From positions 249,364,001-249,428,000 of the forward strand of contig OZ024743.1 of NCBI GenBank assembly GCA_964016885.1: 64,000 bases of DNA, written 5' to 3'. This document shows positions 33,011 to 45,529 of the stretch, piece after piece (the stretch's first letter is position 1; every line of letters begins with the position of its first letter). The stretch is from Eledone cirrhosa (taxonomy: Eukaryota). A program made the translations under genes and the position numbers. The notes beneath the pieces are model-generated. The model saw nothing but the letters and a program-made list of their open reading frames with translations, ran no database searches and was not told the DNA's origin.

Positions 33011-36000
33011 CATTATCATCATCTTCATTTCACGTCCATCTTCCACGCTAGCATGGGTTAGACGGGAGTTGTCCCACTTGAGGCAAGGTTGGTTGGGTGA
33101 CCATGTCTCGCTCATATAGGACTATCTAGCAGGTTTTCTACAGCTGGATGCCCTTCCTAACACCAACCACATTTACAGTGTGGAACTGGGAACTTTTTAC
33201 CATGTTACCTGCACGGCCACATTACACCTTGGACTGTGTGTTTTTTTGTCGTGACACCTACACAATCTTGATCTCATTATCTCATTTATTTGGACTGGAT
33301 GTTGTGGTACCAACTTTACAGAGAGAGGGTGGTGTTAGTGGGAGTGGGAGGATAGGGTAGGGGTAGTGGATTGGGGTGTATATTTGGTTAAGAGGTGCCT
33401 ACTGACTAGGTTTTGCTTTGTACATAGGCAAGGTAGGTCTTCTGTATTACTGCATAGCGCCAAAGATCTCGGTCCAGTGACATTGTCTTAGAGAGGTGAA
33501 AGTGTGTAAGGTCGGAATTCATCAAATTGTCCCAGGTTTTTCTGGGGCTACCTACGCCATAACTACCATCAATTTTGATCGCCCTGCACTTTTTTATACA
33601 GCTGTCGTCTTTCATGCGCATCACGTGACCTTACCAACGTAGTCTTCTCTCAAGTAAACAGCATCTGATCCTTCTTATCCCTAATTTCTCAATTAGTTCA
33701 TTTATGCTTTGCCGTTCACATATATTACTATTACACATCCAACGGAGCATGAATGCTTCGTTCCTTTCCAGTCTGCGCAGGTCCTCTGCACGCAATGCCC
33801 AGGTCTCACTGCCATGTAGCATTGCTGTTTGTATACAGACTTCATACAATCTGCCTTTCATTTTTAGAGAGAAACCTTTTGTGGCCAACAGTGGTATAAG
33901 CTCTCTGAACTTTTTCATCCCGTTCTGCCTCTGGCTACTGTACTTTCAGAGCACCCTCCACCACTGCTGATTTTGTCACCCAGGTAACGGAAAGTGTCCA
34001 CTATTCTATAGAACCATCTGGGCAATAGAAGGAGCTAGTATCCTGTGGGAACTTGCTGCTACTTATTGCACCTGAGCATCGGCCACATATAAAATCTACG
34101 TTCTTAGTTAGCTTACCTGTGACCCCACTACATCTTTTATGTACCCATAGTTTGCATTTGGGACATAAAATGGAATTTCTGCCTACTCCTTTCCTACACA
34201 CTGAGCATGGCCATTTCCCTGAGGGCACCTGTGCCCTATTTTCCTTTCTACAACTTTCTACAACTAGAACTTTAGTCTCAGACAAGTTAACTTTAAGGCC
34301 TTTTGATTCTAGGCCATTCTTCCATGTTTGGAATTTCTTCTCTAATTCAGCCATTGATTCAGCTATGAGAGTTAGATCATCTGCGTATAGGAGTTCTCAT
34401 GAGCAGCCAGTCTTAAACTCCTCTGTTAAAGCCTGAAGGGTAATAATAAATAGGAGGGGAATAAGGACAAAGCCTTGATGAACACCAACTTTTACACTAA
34501 ATTCTTCACAATATTCATTGTTAATTCTAACCTTACTGACTGTTTATTTATACATAGCTTGTATAGCTCTGACAAGCCATTCATCTACACCTAGTTTACT
34601 AAGAGCCCACCAGATAATGGAGTGGGGGACTCTGTCAAAGACTTTCTCCAGGTCTACAAAAGCTAAGTAGAGGGGTTTACTTTTAGCTAGGTACTTCTGT
34701 AATTGTTGTACAAGGAAAAGAGCGTCTGTGGTACTTTTACCCGACACAAACCCAAACTGCATTTCATCTAGATCAATTCGCTCTCTGATTAGTTGCGCTA
34801 TAACTCTTTCTGTGACTTTCATGACCTGGTCAAGTAACTTAATGTCTCTATAGTTTCTCCTATCTAGTGCATCCCCTTTACCCTTGTAGCAGTTAATGAT
34901 GATGCTGCTATGCCAGTCTTTTGGTATGACCCCATTCTGTATTACTTGGTTAACTATATGGGTGACCATAGTATGTCCCACCATTCCAGATGCCTTCTAG
35001 ATCTCAGCAACTATCTCCGAAGGCCCAGCTGCCTTGCCTGTCTTCATATCTTTGATTGCCTTACTTATTATATTACCTTTAACTTGCACCGCTGGTCCCT
35101 CTATTGGATCGATTTGGAGCAAACTATCTTTTTCCTATTTATTCTCCTCATTTAATAGTCTCTCGTAGTGACACTTCCAGGCTATCTTCTTATCAGTATC
35201 AGTGAGGGAAAGTACACTGTTATCATTACGGACACACTTCTCCCCGACAATATCACGGTTTTCCTTGACACATTGTCTAGCAATCCTGAACAACTCACGT
35301 TTTTGGTCCTCATGTTGTAGAACATGCTTGAACTTTCTATCCTCTACTTCCCTTTTTGCAAGGTAGACTTGTCTCCTAGCTTCTTTCCTGGCCACTTGAT
35401 AGTGCTCTCTACTTCCCCCATCCTGTCATACTTTCCAAGCCTGCCTTTTGGCCTTGATTGTCTCCTCCACCTTACTATTCCACCACCAAGTTACTCTCCT
35501 CCTGCCAATAGGTCTGCTCCAGCCACAGATTTCATCCGTTGCTTTCAGCAGGTTCACTTTCAAGAATTGCCACTGTTCCTCTATATTGCACGTCTCTAAT
35601 TGCTCTTCCTTATTATCAAAGGCATCAAGTAATAAGCTTTTAAATTTGTCACTGGCTATCGGGTCCTTCAACTTCCATATTCTTCTCCTCAAGGTAGGCC
35701 TCCTCTGTCGTCGAGTACGTCTATTCCTAACTATGAGGTCACTAACTACTAGGCTATGCTGGGAGGTGCATTTTTCACGGGGCAGGGATTTAGTGTTTAC
35801 ACAAACACTTTGTCCCGTCTTCTAGTAAGGATATAATCTATCTGGCTGGCGTGTTCCCCTGATCTATAGGTGATCAAGTGGTTTTCTTGTTTTTTGAAGT
35901 TTGTGTTACAGATAGTTAGGTTATTAGCATCACAGAATTCCAGGATTCTGAAGCCCTCCTCATTTCTATTTCCAACCCCATAGCCTCCATGGATTCCATC

Positions 36001-37392
36001 ATAGCCAACACTATGTTGTCCAATGTGACCATTTAGATCACCAGCAATAATTAAGTAGTCACTGTTGGTTATTTGGGAGGTAGTGTGCATTAGCATCTCA
36101 TAGAACCTGTCCTTTATAACGTCAGGTAGACCAGATTGGGGTGCATAAGCAGATATTATTGTCACAGTAGTTCTATTTAGAACTAGTCTTATTTTAATTA
36201 TTCTGTCATTCACTCTATTTACGTCAATTACCTTATCTTCCCATTTTTCAGCTAACATAATTCCTACTCCACCCAACCCATTGTCATTTCCCACCCAGAA
36301 AAGTTTATAGCATCGTTTTTTACCCACAATGAATCTGGCAGACCCACCTCTCCATCTAGTCTCTTGAATACAACAAACATCAACTTCTTTACGTTCAAGC
36401 ATCTCTACAACCTCATTTGAGCGACCTTTCAATGTGCCTACATTCATGGTACCAACTCTGAAGTTGGGAGGGTGGGATGGATGGGATGGATGGGCAGGGA
36501 GGGGGGTGGGAGACGGAATTATGTTGGTCATCCGTGTCTGAAATAAAGAGGGGTCCTTGCATTCTCGTCCTGCAGCAGGAGGTGAATTTATCTTTATCTG
36601 TGACATTGTCATTGAGTGCTTAGACTTTCCAAATTCTGCAGTCCACCCATCAAACAGGTCTAAACTTAAGGAGTAGTAACCGAGGTGGTAGCTTTGCTAT
36701 ACTGATTTGTTAGAGAACTTACTATAAGCTGCTGAGTTATGATTGGACCATATAGCAATGGTGGTGGTGGTGGGGGGGTGGCAGGAAATGAGTAACTTTA
36801 GGACAAGATTAGTTTTTAGGAAGGGTCCAACAGAATGAGATATATTATTAAAAACATGTAAAATATTAATTGAAAATCCGAGAGAAAAACGGAGAATTTG
36901 AATTCTAGACTGGCATAAATAGTAATTTAAAACTGCTTATTGAGCCAACTACGGGTTAAAAGGAAAGACAAGTATTTTGCATTCTCAAAATCGACAGATT
37001 GTCCGTAAGATAGATTAGATAGATAGATAAATTCTGTCCTTGGGAACCCAGAAAGGTTTATTTTATACTTGCGATCAGAGGGAGGGGTGGGGGATATGAG
37101 AGAAGGAGAAAAGTGTTTACAAAGTTAGCGAGCAAGATGCAAGAAGGTTCTAGAATAATTAATTAATAATAATACTAGAAGGTTAGTTTTTAGAAAGAGT
37201 CCAACAGAATGAGACATTAAAAATATGTAAAATATTAATTGAAAATCCGAAAGAAAAATGGAGAATTTAAATTCTAGACTGGCATAAATAGAAGTTTAAA
37301 ACTCTGCTTATTGAGTCGACTACGGGTAAAAGGAAAGACAAGTATTTTGCTTACATTCTCAAAATTCTACAGATCGTCCGTAAGATAGATTA
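33011..37392 (-). mobile_element. Older full-length RTE copy (disrupted ORF) with extended 5' region containing tandem ~370-bp units
   Basis: ORF fragments 35797-36612 (APE), 35426-35692, 35135-35395, 34544-34984, 34001-34354 (PHD), 33631-33918, 33406-33624 are collinear with the 1056-aa ORF; repeat units at 36809 and 37183. Confidence 0.93.
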
Positions 37393-37479
37393 AGTTGATG
37401 CAATTGGCTTATTTGAGTTATTTCCCTTAGCTCATTTCATTTTAACCATTGAAACATATGTTGCCTTTGAGAACTTCAC

Positions 37480-37860
37480 AGATTTTTAGAACACATAGTA
37501 TATCAAATTTGTTGAAACAAGAACTCATCTAATTGGCATAAAGTCCCACATAGACACTCTTCAGCCTCTAGCCCACAGACATGATGTTGCCTTTCTCTGC
37601 CTCTTCTACAGCTCCTACAATGGTCTTAAAGCTTGCATGTCACATCTACTTAGGCACTTCTGACTCACTTGTCTTCCCTCTTCTCATAACCCCTGTTGCA
37701 TCCAACTTCCCAGGCTCAGTTGCAAAAACAACTACACCCATTCTTGGCTGCCCAGAACATTGGTCCTCTGGTACTCTTTTCATGCTCATGGCTTTCCTAC
37801 AGGAGTGAACTTTTCATCAGTTTAAGAGGAACATTAGCAACATCAATATTTCCAGTCTCC
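37480..37860 (+). mobile_element. Decayed CR1-group LINE 3' remnant
   Basis: Translates LQPLAHRHDVAFLCLFYSSYNG, resembling the CR1-type C-terminal LxxRRxVAxLxLFY motif. Confidence 0.5.
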
Positions 37861-38355
37861 ATGGGCCCCTGAAGGCATAGACATTGTCCCTTCCACCCGA
37901 CCTACCAAATAAAAATATAGACCAATGCCTTGCTCTATAATACAACACCACTGGTGGGATAAAATCTCCAAATATGCCACCCACAAAATTGATACCTAAT
38001 CAACTTCACTACATTTTCTTTTATTAATTCATGCAACAATCACTGCAAGGCCATCATCCCTGCTAAAGCAGGAGTTAGTGTTGCAAGCCTTATGGCAAGT
38101 TCTTTTATTTTGCCCTATCCTCTGCAACCCTCCTCACTAACCTCTTGCCTATCATTTCTGTCTCTCTCATCTTAAGCTATGTCTTTCTTGGCCTTTTCCC
38201 TCCTCTGCTTTCTTCCACATTCCTTTCCATCTGTCCTCTCAACCAATTCCATTAATTCTTCCTCAACACATTATCCAACCATCTCATCTCATTCCATTTC
38301 TTTTCATAACATTAATCATTGGCTCTATTCCCATCCTCTGTAATTCATTGTTTGC

Positions 38356-38396
<41 letters not shown>

Positions 38397-38467
38397 ACAT
38401 ATATTAATTCATAGATTTGTAATAGAATTGTAGTTTACAGAACTGAATTGAAATAAACTCATCTTAC

Positions 38468-38558
38468 TTGCAATATATACCTCAGGGCTACTGGAATCTG
38501 ACTGGCCATTGCAAGAAATGGATGGAATTCTAGCAAATACAGGGGTTGAAGAGAAGGT
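38468..38558 (-). CDS. CCDC162: CCDC162-like exon 8
   Basis: ctctag / gtaaga; PSLQPLYLLEFHPFLAMASQIPVALRYILQ, cf. recalled VYLLEFHPSL...IPKAL. Confidence 0.85.
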
Positions 38559-39759
38559 CTAGAGAAAAAGATTTTATTTACAATGAAATCTGTTCAGGCT
38601 AGAAGAAATTAATTCAAATTTAGTGGCAAAAAACAAAACAAAAAAAAAACATGTTATTTTAATGGTTGAAAAAAGCAATTGTTTTTAAGGATTTACATAT
38701 TTATTATTGCAGTAAAATTAAATTAAATCTAACTTGATAAAATATTTCTTTATATTTTAAATATTGTCAAGAAATGACTACTTTTCTTGTGTTGGAGCCA
38801 CAATAAAATGTAAAGAAGTAGTGTTGATGTCACGATAAAATGCATCTAGTGTCCTTGAAGTACCAGGTGATATTCATGAAAGTACTTGGTTATTTCAGCA
38901 CCTCATCTTCATTATCACCAGTGGTAATGCTTGTTTTGGGTTGTTAAAAAACTCTTTTAGAGGTAATTCCACAATTTTCTGTTGTGTTGATCCTTTTTGA
39001 TGAGTTGTAGTGCACCTGAGCACTGTACACAATATTTCATTATTATTATTATAGGGCGGTGGATTGGCAGTATCGGGAGAGGGTCGGACGCCATGCTTTC
39101 CAGCATAGTTACGTCCCTTTACGATCTGAGTTCAAATCCCGCCGAGGTTGACTTTGCCTTTCATCCTTACGGGGTCGATAAAATAAAGTACCAGTAATGA
39201 ACTGGGTAATTGCTGGCCTTGAGCCTAAAGTAAAAACAATTATTATTATAGGTTTCAACAATGAGTGTTCCAGTTGTTTGATCCATGGAACAACCTGCTC
39301 ATGAAATTAACATGCAAGTGAATGAACATTCCACAGGCACATGTGCCCTTAACACAATTCTCAGGAAGATACAGCATGACAGAATGTGTAATATGGCTGG
39401 ACTTTTGAGTAACATGTACAACTCATTTTTATAAGCCGAGTAGACTGGAGCAATGTGAAATAATGTGTTTTGCTCAAGGATATGATGAGCTACTGGGAAT
39501 CGAACTCACAACCTTACAATCATGAACTAAAAAGCCTAAGACTTCAACCACACACCTTTACTGTTCTCTGATATAGTGTGTAATTGAGTATGCATGTCTT
39601 CTCACTTTTTTTCTTTCTGACTATTTTTTATTGATTTGTTTCTTTTGTAGAACATATTCAGATAAACTGCAATAGGGTTTTTAATAAGCTATTTGTAATT
39701 TGATTTTCAGATCCTCTTTAGTTACAACTGAAGTTTGTTTTTTGCAGTATGTTGGTAAC

Positions 39760-42700
39760 GATAGAAATAGTTTGTGAGTTAATAACATTAAACCTCTCCC
39801 CAAGAGAAATAGAAATAGTGAGTTAGAAACATTAAGCCCATTCCCCAGCAGAGATAAAAATAAGGAATTAACAACATTAAAACTCTCCACTAGCTGAGAT
39901 AGAAATAGTCAGTGAGTTAGAAACAGTAAAACTCTCCACTAGCTGAGATAGAAATAGTCAGTGAGTTAGAAACAGTAAAACTCTCCACCAACTGAGATAG
40001 AAATAGTTAGTGAGTTAGAAACAGTAAAACTCTCCACCAACTGAGATAGAAATAGTTAGTGAGTTAGAAACAGTAAAACTCTCCACCAACTGAGATAGAA
40101 ATAGTTAGTGAGTTAGAAACAGTAAAACTCTCCACCAACTGAGATAGAAATAGTTAGTGAGTTAGAAACAGTAAAACTCTCCACCAACTGAGATAGAAAT
40201 AGTCAGTGAGTTAGAAACAGTAAAACTCTCCACCAACTGAGATAGAAATAGTCAGTGAGTTAGAAACAGTAAAACTCTCCACTAACTGAGATAGAAATAG
40301 TTAGTGAGTTAGAAACAGTAAAACTCTCCACCAACTGAGATAGAAATAGTTAGTGAGTTAGAAACAGTAAAACTCTCCACCAACTGAGATAGAAATAGTT
40401 AGTGAGTTAGAAACAGTAAAACTCTCCACCAACTGAGATAGAAATAGTTAGTGAGTTAGAAACAGTAAAACTCTCCACCAACTGAAATAGAAATAGTTAG
40501 TGAGTTAGAAACAGTAAAACTCTCCACCAACTGAGATAGAAATAGTCAGTGAGTTAGAAACAGTAAAACTCTCCACCAACTGAGATAGAAATAGTTAGTG
40601 AGTTAGAAACAGTAAAACTCTCCACCAACTGAGATAGAAATAGTCAGTAAGTTAGAAACAGTAAAACTCTCCACCAACTGAGATAGAAATAGTTAGTGAG
40701 TTAGAAACAGTAAAACTGTCCACCAACTGAGATAGAAATAGTCAGTAAGTTAGAAACAGTAAAACTCTCCACCAACTGAGATAGAAATAGTCAGTGAGTT
40801 AGAAACAGTAAAACTCTCCACCAACTGAGATAGAAATAATCAGTGAGTTAGAAACAGTAAAACTCTCCACCAACTGAGATAGAAATAGTTAGTGAGTTAG
40901 AAACAGTAAAACTCTCCACCAACTGAGATAGAAATAGTTAGTGAGTTAGAAACAGTAAAACTCTCCACCAACTGAGATAGAAATAGTTAGTGAGTTAGAA
41001 ACAGTAAAACTCTCCACCAGCTGAGATAGAAATAGTTAGTGAGTTAGAAACAGTAAAACTCTCCACAAACTGAGATAGAAATAGTTAGTGAGTTAGAAAC
41101 AGTAAAACTCTCCACCAGCTGAGATAGAAATAGTCAGTGAGTTAGAAACAGTAAACCTCTCCACCAACTGAGATAGAAATAGTTAGTGAGTTAGAAACAG
41201 TAAAACTCTCCACCAACTGAGATAGAAATAGTTAGTGAGTTAGAAACAGTAAAACTCTCCACCAGCTGAGATAGAAATAGTCAGTGAGTTAGAAACAGTA
41301 AACCCCAGCTGAGATAGAAATAGTTAGTGAGTTAGAAACAGTAAAACTCTCCACCAACTGAGATAGAAATAGTCAGTGAGTTAGAAACAGTAAAACTCTC
41401 CACCAACTGAGATAGAAATAGTTAGTGAGTTAGAAACAGTAAAACTCTCCACCAACTGAGATAGAAATAGTTAGTGAGTTAGAAACAGTAAAACTCTCCA
41501 CCAACTGAGATAGAAATAGTTAGTGAGTTAGAAACAGTAAACCTCTCCACCAACTGAGATAGAAATAGTTAGTGAGTTAGAAACAGTAAAACTCTCCACC
41601 AACTGAGATAGAAATAGTTAGTGAGTTAGAAACAGTAAAACTCTCCACCAGCTGAGATAGAAATAGTCAGTGAGTTCGAAACAGTAAACCTCTCCACCAA
41701 CTGAGATAGAAATAGTTAGTGAGTTAGAAACAGTAAAACTCTCCACCAACTGAGATAGAAATAGTTAGTGAGTTAGAAACAGTAAAACTCTCCACCAGCT
41801 GAGATAGAAATAGTTAGTGAGTTAGAAACAGTAAAACTCTCCACCAACTGAGATAGAAATAGTTAGTGAGTTAGAAACAGTAAAACTCTCCACCAACTGA
41901 GATAGAAATAGTTAGTGAGTTAGAAACAGTAAAACTCTCCACCAGCTGAGATAGAAATAGTTAGTGAGTTAGAAACAGTAAAACTCTCCACCAACTGAGA
42001 TAGAAATAGTTAGTGAGTTAGAAACAGTAAAACTCTCCACCAACTGAGATAGAAATAGTTAGTGAGTTAGAAACAGTAAAACTCTCCACCAGCTGAGATA
42101 GAAATAGTCAGTGAGTTAGAAACAGTAAACCCCAGCCGAGATAGAAATAGTTAGTGAGTTAGAAACAGTTTAAACTCTCCACCAACTGAGATAGAAATAG
42201 TTAGTGAGTTAGAAACAGTAAACCCCAGCTGAGATAGAAATAGTTAGTGAGTTAGAAACAGTAAAACTCTCCACCAACTGAGATAGAAATAGTTAGTGAG
42301 TTAGAAACAGTAAAACTCTCCACCAGCTGAGATAGAAATAGTCAGTGAGTTAGAAACAGTAAACCCCAGCTGAGATAGAAATAGTTTGTGAATTGGTATG
42401 GTATGGTCCTGTAACTCCTGATGGAGTCGTAGGGGCGCTGTATTGACATACAACATTTCTTGGGTATTTTAAACCTGGCGGAACCCATCCCTCTCCAGGT
42501 CTGAATACAGAGAAGAATAGAGAGAGTACGAGAAAGGAATTGAGAAAGAGATATAGTGGGCAAATCGACCCCAGTACTAGACTGGTACTTTTTTATCAAC
42601 CTCGAAAGGATGAAAGGCAAAGGTGACCTCGGCAGGATTTGAACTGAGAGCAGAGAGTCAAAATGAATACTACAAAGCATTCTATCTGACGTTCTAATGA

Positions 42701-42840
42701 ACCTGCCAATTTTCCGCCTTAGTTTGTGAATTAACAACATTAAATCTCTCCTCCAGCAGAGGTAGACATAGTGTGTTAGTAATATTAAACCTCTCCACTA
42801 GCTGAGATTGAAATAGTCAGTCAGTTAGAAACATTAAACT
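39760..42840. repeat. 49-bp tandem repeat (minisatellite), ~51 homogeneous copies 39881-42385 plus degenerate flanking copies
   Basis: Unit CCACCAACTGAGATAGAAATAGTTAGTGAGTTAGAAACAGTAAAACTCT; period 49 (39901 to 39950); no spacers. Confidence 0.97.
42395..42719 (-). mobile_element. SINE (family A head/core) with an alternative 3' tail ending (CATAC)n, inserted in the array edge
   Basis: 13-bp TSD TAGTTTGTGAATT (42382-42394 / 42720-42732); B-box cagttcaaatcc. Confidence 0.85.
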
Positions 42841-42957
42841 TTTGCAATAGCTGTCTGTCAATATGTTCAATCTCCCAGTAATGCTTCATAAAAACCTAAC
42901 CTATAATAAATATAACTTTCTTTTCATGATTAACTAGTTGGTGTTGTGGAGTGAGTC

Positions 42958-43430
42958 TGTCGTGACCTACATTCCGAAGGTTCATGGATACATTCTCCGT
43001 GCACTGTTTGGCTCAGTTCAGTCAATCGCTACCAGCATAGGAAAATGTATCTCGACTTCCACCCAGAGGAAAAAATTCCTGCGGCGATTCGAAACTCTCT
43101 CTTTTGCAGCTCAACACCATGAAGGTAAACATCTCTAGCTTTCGTTCCTCAAGCATATACAATATGTAGCAACAAATATCACTACGGGTCTGGCTAACGC
43201 CTCAGCCAGTTGACCGTACCTTCTTAAACTATTAATTAATAATTTCTCTTGGCATGTCATTTAAACCTTTATAACCTTTTTATTGATAACATTAACTATC
43301 CTCTCAAGAGACATTCTTCTAACCTTTGTAATCTGTAAATAAATTATATATAAACAATTATAAAGTCGTAAGATGCTACTTTCCACAACATTGCTTTTAA
43401 CATCTTCAATGGTGACTTCTGTGATACAAT
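42958..43430 (+). mobile_element. Diverged solo LTR related to the 25.5-28.2 kb element (right boundary approximate)
   Basis: tgtcgtgacctacattccg...catacattctccgtgc...tttggctcagttcagtcaatc aligns with the LTR 5' end. Confidence 0.7.
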
Positions 43431-44091
43431 ACACAAATACACACATTCTCAACACAAACATCTACTAAATAACTTCTTCTAAAAGTCTATACACAACCAT
43501 AACTTAATAACCTTGAATAAACTGAAATAAAGTGACTTCAAATATATACTATACATGAACTCAAGTAAATATCAACCATAAACCTAAACTTAACCTAACC
43601 TACCATATACATATCACACTAGACATAAAATATAACCAATCACATTCTTCAAAATTATACCCAAACCACTCCCAACATAACAACATCCAAACCTATCTAT
43701 GATATAATAACTGTCTGATTTTACAACCTACAGAGGCATAGACTGAGAGTTCTCTTCAGAGTTAGAAAATATTTCAACATTCAACTACTAACCTTCCACA
43801 AAGCTCAAGTGGGACACATAATAGAATAGTGCTCCAGCATCTGGGACAGAACGGCTGCTACAAATAGATATTCTAACCCAAATTTGATTATCTTGTGCTC
43901 CTCAACATTATAGGTGACAGAGCCCAGAGAAAACATATAGCATGTGGCATCCCGGATTAAGGATTTACTCCCCCCTCAACTCAAATTAGAAAAAGGTTTT
44001 CCATTCTGGGTGCTTACCAACACTAAATTTGGGGCCAACAGGCTGCAATTGTGATGGAGTGTATTGTGTTCGAAAGTTGGTGAAAACTTAC

Positions 44092-44195
44092 ATGTTGGTG
44101 TGAATACTTATTAATGTTTTCTCAATAATAGGTGGTGGTAGACCATACTGACTTTCTCGGCAACTTTTTTGAATATATTCTCTATCATCTTCAAT
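44092..44195 (-). CDS. CCDC162: CCDC162-like exon 7
   Basis: ttccag / gtaagt; IEDDREYIQKSCRESQYGLPPPIIEKTLISIHTN. Confidence 0.85.
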
Positions 44196-44964
44196 CTGGA
44201 AATTAAAATATATTAATATAGAAGACGGCATCGGGGCATTAGAATAACATTTCAAATGGTAGCAATTTTTACAAAAATATTTTCAACATTTAATTGAAAA
44301 TTTTTAGTGTTAGTGTTAGTGCCAGAATAAAACACACCCAGTACACTGTATAAAGTGGTAGCGCAGGTGCTGCAAAAAATGCACTCATTACACTTTATAA
44401 AGTGGTGGCGCAGGTGCTGCAAAAAATGCACTCAGTACACTTTGTAAATTGGTAGTGTTGGGGGCATGGAAAATGTACCTAGTACACTTTATAAAGCAAA
44501 AGTTGAAGTGCTATGAAAAAAACACATGTAAGGTTGTTGGCATAGAAACTATGCTAAATATGGTATATATAAGCAAGCAAGATGAGGTCACCCTGTTCTA
44601 TTTGTTCTCAGACTGTCATAACCCATACAAATTGATGATGATGATTTGACTGATTGCTGCTTAATCCTTTTGATACCAAACCACCCAAAACTGCCCTTAG
44701 TTCTGCACTACAAACATGTTTGTTTTATAATGTTTATATTTATCTAAAACTTTTCCATCATAATTTTATGAAGGAATCTTTGCTAAGTTATGTTCAAAAT
44801 ATCAGCTTAATAATGAAATGGTTAGATATTTTACTAAATCCCTTCAAATTCTTGATTATTTTCAAAGTTATCTGAAAAATCTGAAAATTATAGGCAGTTT
44901 CTTTCAGTAGAAATATGATAACAAAATGGTTAAACTAAAATCAAAATAATTACAAATCAAAATT

Positions 44965-45224
44965 AGATAGTAAAATAGTGCTTCTGCCATATTTTTGACT
45001 AAGTAAATTAGCCTATTAGTTGGAGTTATAAAAATCCACAGAAAACACTATGATTATGTAGCTTCAAATTGAATTGAATTGAGGGTGCAGGATAGCCAAA
45101 GATATGGGTTACATCCCATGTACGTCAATGCTCATCCCTTTTTTCCATTCTGTGGGTATTTATAACTCCAACTAATAGGCTAATTTACTTACTCAAAAAT
45201 ATGATGGAAGCACTATTTTACTAC
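44965..45224. repeat. Inverted repeat, ~80-bp arms, ~100-bp spacer
   Basis: gtaaaatagtgcttc...tagcctattagttggagttataaaaatccacagaa / ttctgtgggtatttataactccaactaataggcta...gaagcactattttac. Confidence 0.8.
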
Positions 45225-45325
45225 TTAATTTTCAAATTCTCCGCTTTGTATCTAAATTACAAATCAATTTTAACTGATACATAAATCCATTTTTCAAAAA
45301 TAATTATTTCTTTTGAGAAACTTAC

Positions 45326-45529
45326 CAGTTGGTTAAGGATTGCTTGAACTAGGTCTAATTGGAGTTGAAGGTTTATACACTCAGCATGGTAGATTTTGAT
45401 GAAATAGTCACACTTTTGAAACATGTAGCGTGGCCGTTGAAACATAATGTCGGTAATTGTCTGGGCAAGAAGTCGTTTCTCATCTCGATCAAAGACATTG
45501 CAGTAGGCTTCAAAATAACACCTTATCAA
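45326..45529 (-). CDS. CCDC162: CCDC162-like exon 6
   Basis: ttgcag / gtaagt; LIRCYFEAYCNVFDRDEKRLLAQTITDIMFQRPRY...ECINLQLQLDLVQAILNQL, cf. recalled YFEAYQH...LAQAMTDIMHRRP. Confidence 0.9.

Noticed and set aside
39881-42385. CRISPR-like array
   Set aside because: Units are contiguous with no unique spacers, there are no cas genes, and the context is a eukaryotic intron. The 49-bp unit has stops and is not a coding repeat.
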